Shown here: positions 63,281-64,000 of the stretch, one piece after another
Numbering within the stretch: the stretch's first letter is position 1
How the letters are laid out: every line of letters begins with the position of its first letter
DNA from: Lama glama
Taxonomy: Eukaryota
Length of the DNA stretch: 64,000 nucleotides
Direction: 5' to 3'
Assembly: GCA_028534125.1 (NCBI GenBank)
Contig: CM052817.1
Span: 45,696,001 to 45,760,000 of the forward strand
Notes under the pieces: model-generated
What the model saw: the letters and a program-made list of their open reading frames with translations, nothing else
Database searches by the model: none
What the model was told of the DNA's origin: nothing
Position numbers and translations under genes: made by a program

Positions 63281-64000
63281 TTTTCATGCAGGCAGACAGA
63301 AATCCACTGTTCTAGAATGTCACAATTTATATATTTTTCCATGAAAGATTTCTGTGGCCCTCTGTGGCCCACATCCAATGATGCAGACCTTAGAACTGAG
63401 GAAGAGACCTTTTAGGGAGCAGATCATACCCTCTCTGCATCTGGAGGAAAGGTATCGTACCTAGAGCAAGGAGCTACATCACAAAACAGCAGAAGCTATT
63501 TTCATCTCCTGCGACTTTTTGCTTTTTCTTTTCTCTTCCTGACTCTGGCTCAGGCACAATGATGCAAACAATATAGTATTCACCGTGGCAGAGAAGAAGT
63601 GAAACAGTGCCCTTAACATTTGTCACATGCCTCCCAAACAGTACACCTGCTATTAGCCACGTCCAAATCAGAATGCTCCAGAAGCACCCAGAGGCCTCGC
63701 AGTTAGCAGACTGGCTGAGTAAGTTCTAAGTGAGCAGAACTTCTATTGCTTAGTAAAACCCATTCTGTTTGGGGCTGTAAGGAGGGCCATTAAAAATCAT
63801 TAATTTAGGTGGTTGGTTTTCAATGAGTCTGGTAAGTTTAGAAATATGTGAAGGCATTTCTTCCCTCCTTCCTTTCCTCTTTTTTTTTTTCTGTCTGTTT
63901 TTCTTTTATCTTGCTTGTCGCATTGCCTGTAAGGCACTACTGCTCTTTAGTGTTCAGAGCCTAGGGATGCTGTCCACATGTTAGGCCCCCTCCAAATGCC

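Larger units (their letters stand above)
15969..64000 (-). other. PARM1: PARM1 intron 1 (partial; exon 1 and promoter lie beyond the window end)
   Basis: Upstream of the exon 2 acceptor. No signal-peptide exon or CpG island seen. Human intron 1 is known to be very long. Confidence 0.8.

Overview
Mammalian genomic DNA, probably a camelid judging by a camelid-type tRNA-derived SINE at ~40.0 kb and artiodactyl-type L1 3' ends. The window lies inside PARM1 (prostate androgen-regulated mucin-like protein 1) on the minus strand. The only real coding sequence is the 702-bp mucin-like exon 2 (15267-15968, canonical AG/GT, phase 1-1). Everything to its right is intron 1 and everything to its left is intron 2; exons 1, 3 and 4 were not found. 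The rest is ordinary intron: L1, L2 and MIR elements, MaLR/ERV LTRs, hAT MERs, microsatellites and one 500-N assembly gap. The other ORFs in the track are chance, repeat-derived or gap-derived. I see no evidence of a new multi-gene system. The most interesting unexplained structures are: a ~240-bp inverted duplication with a perfect 37-bp core (44.3/45.9 kb); three CCAAT boxes in a 31-bp-period tandem repeat just upstream of exon 2; a near-consensus androgen response element; a twin-primed 5'-inverted L1; and a locally inverted MLT1 5' end. Repeat subfamily names and the human PARM1 comparison are from memory, and repeat boundaries are approximate.
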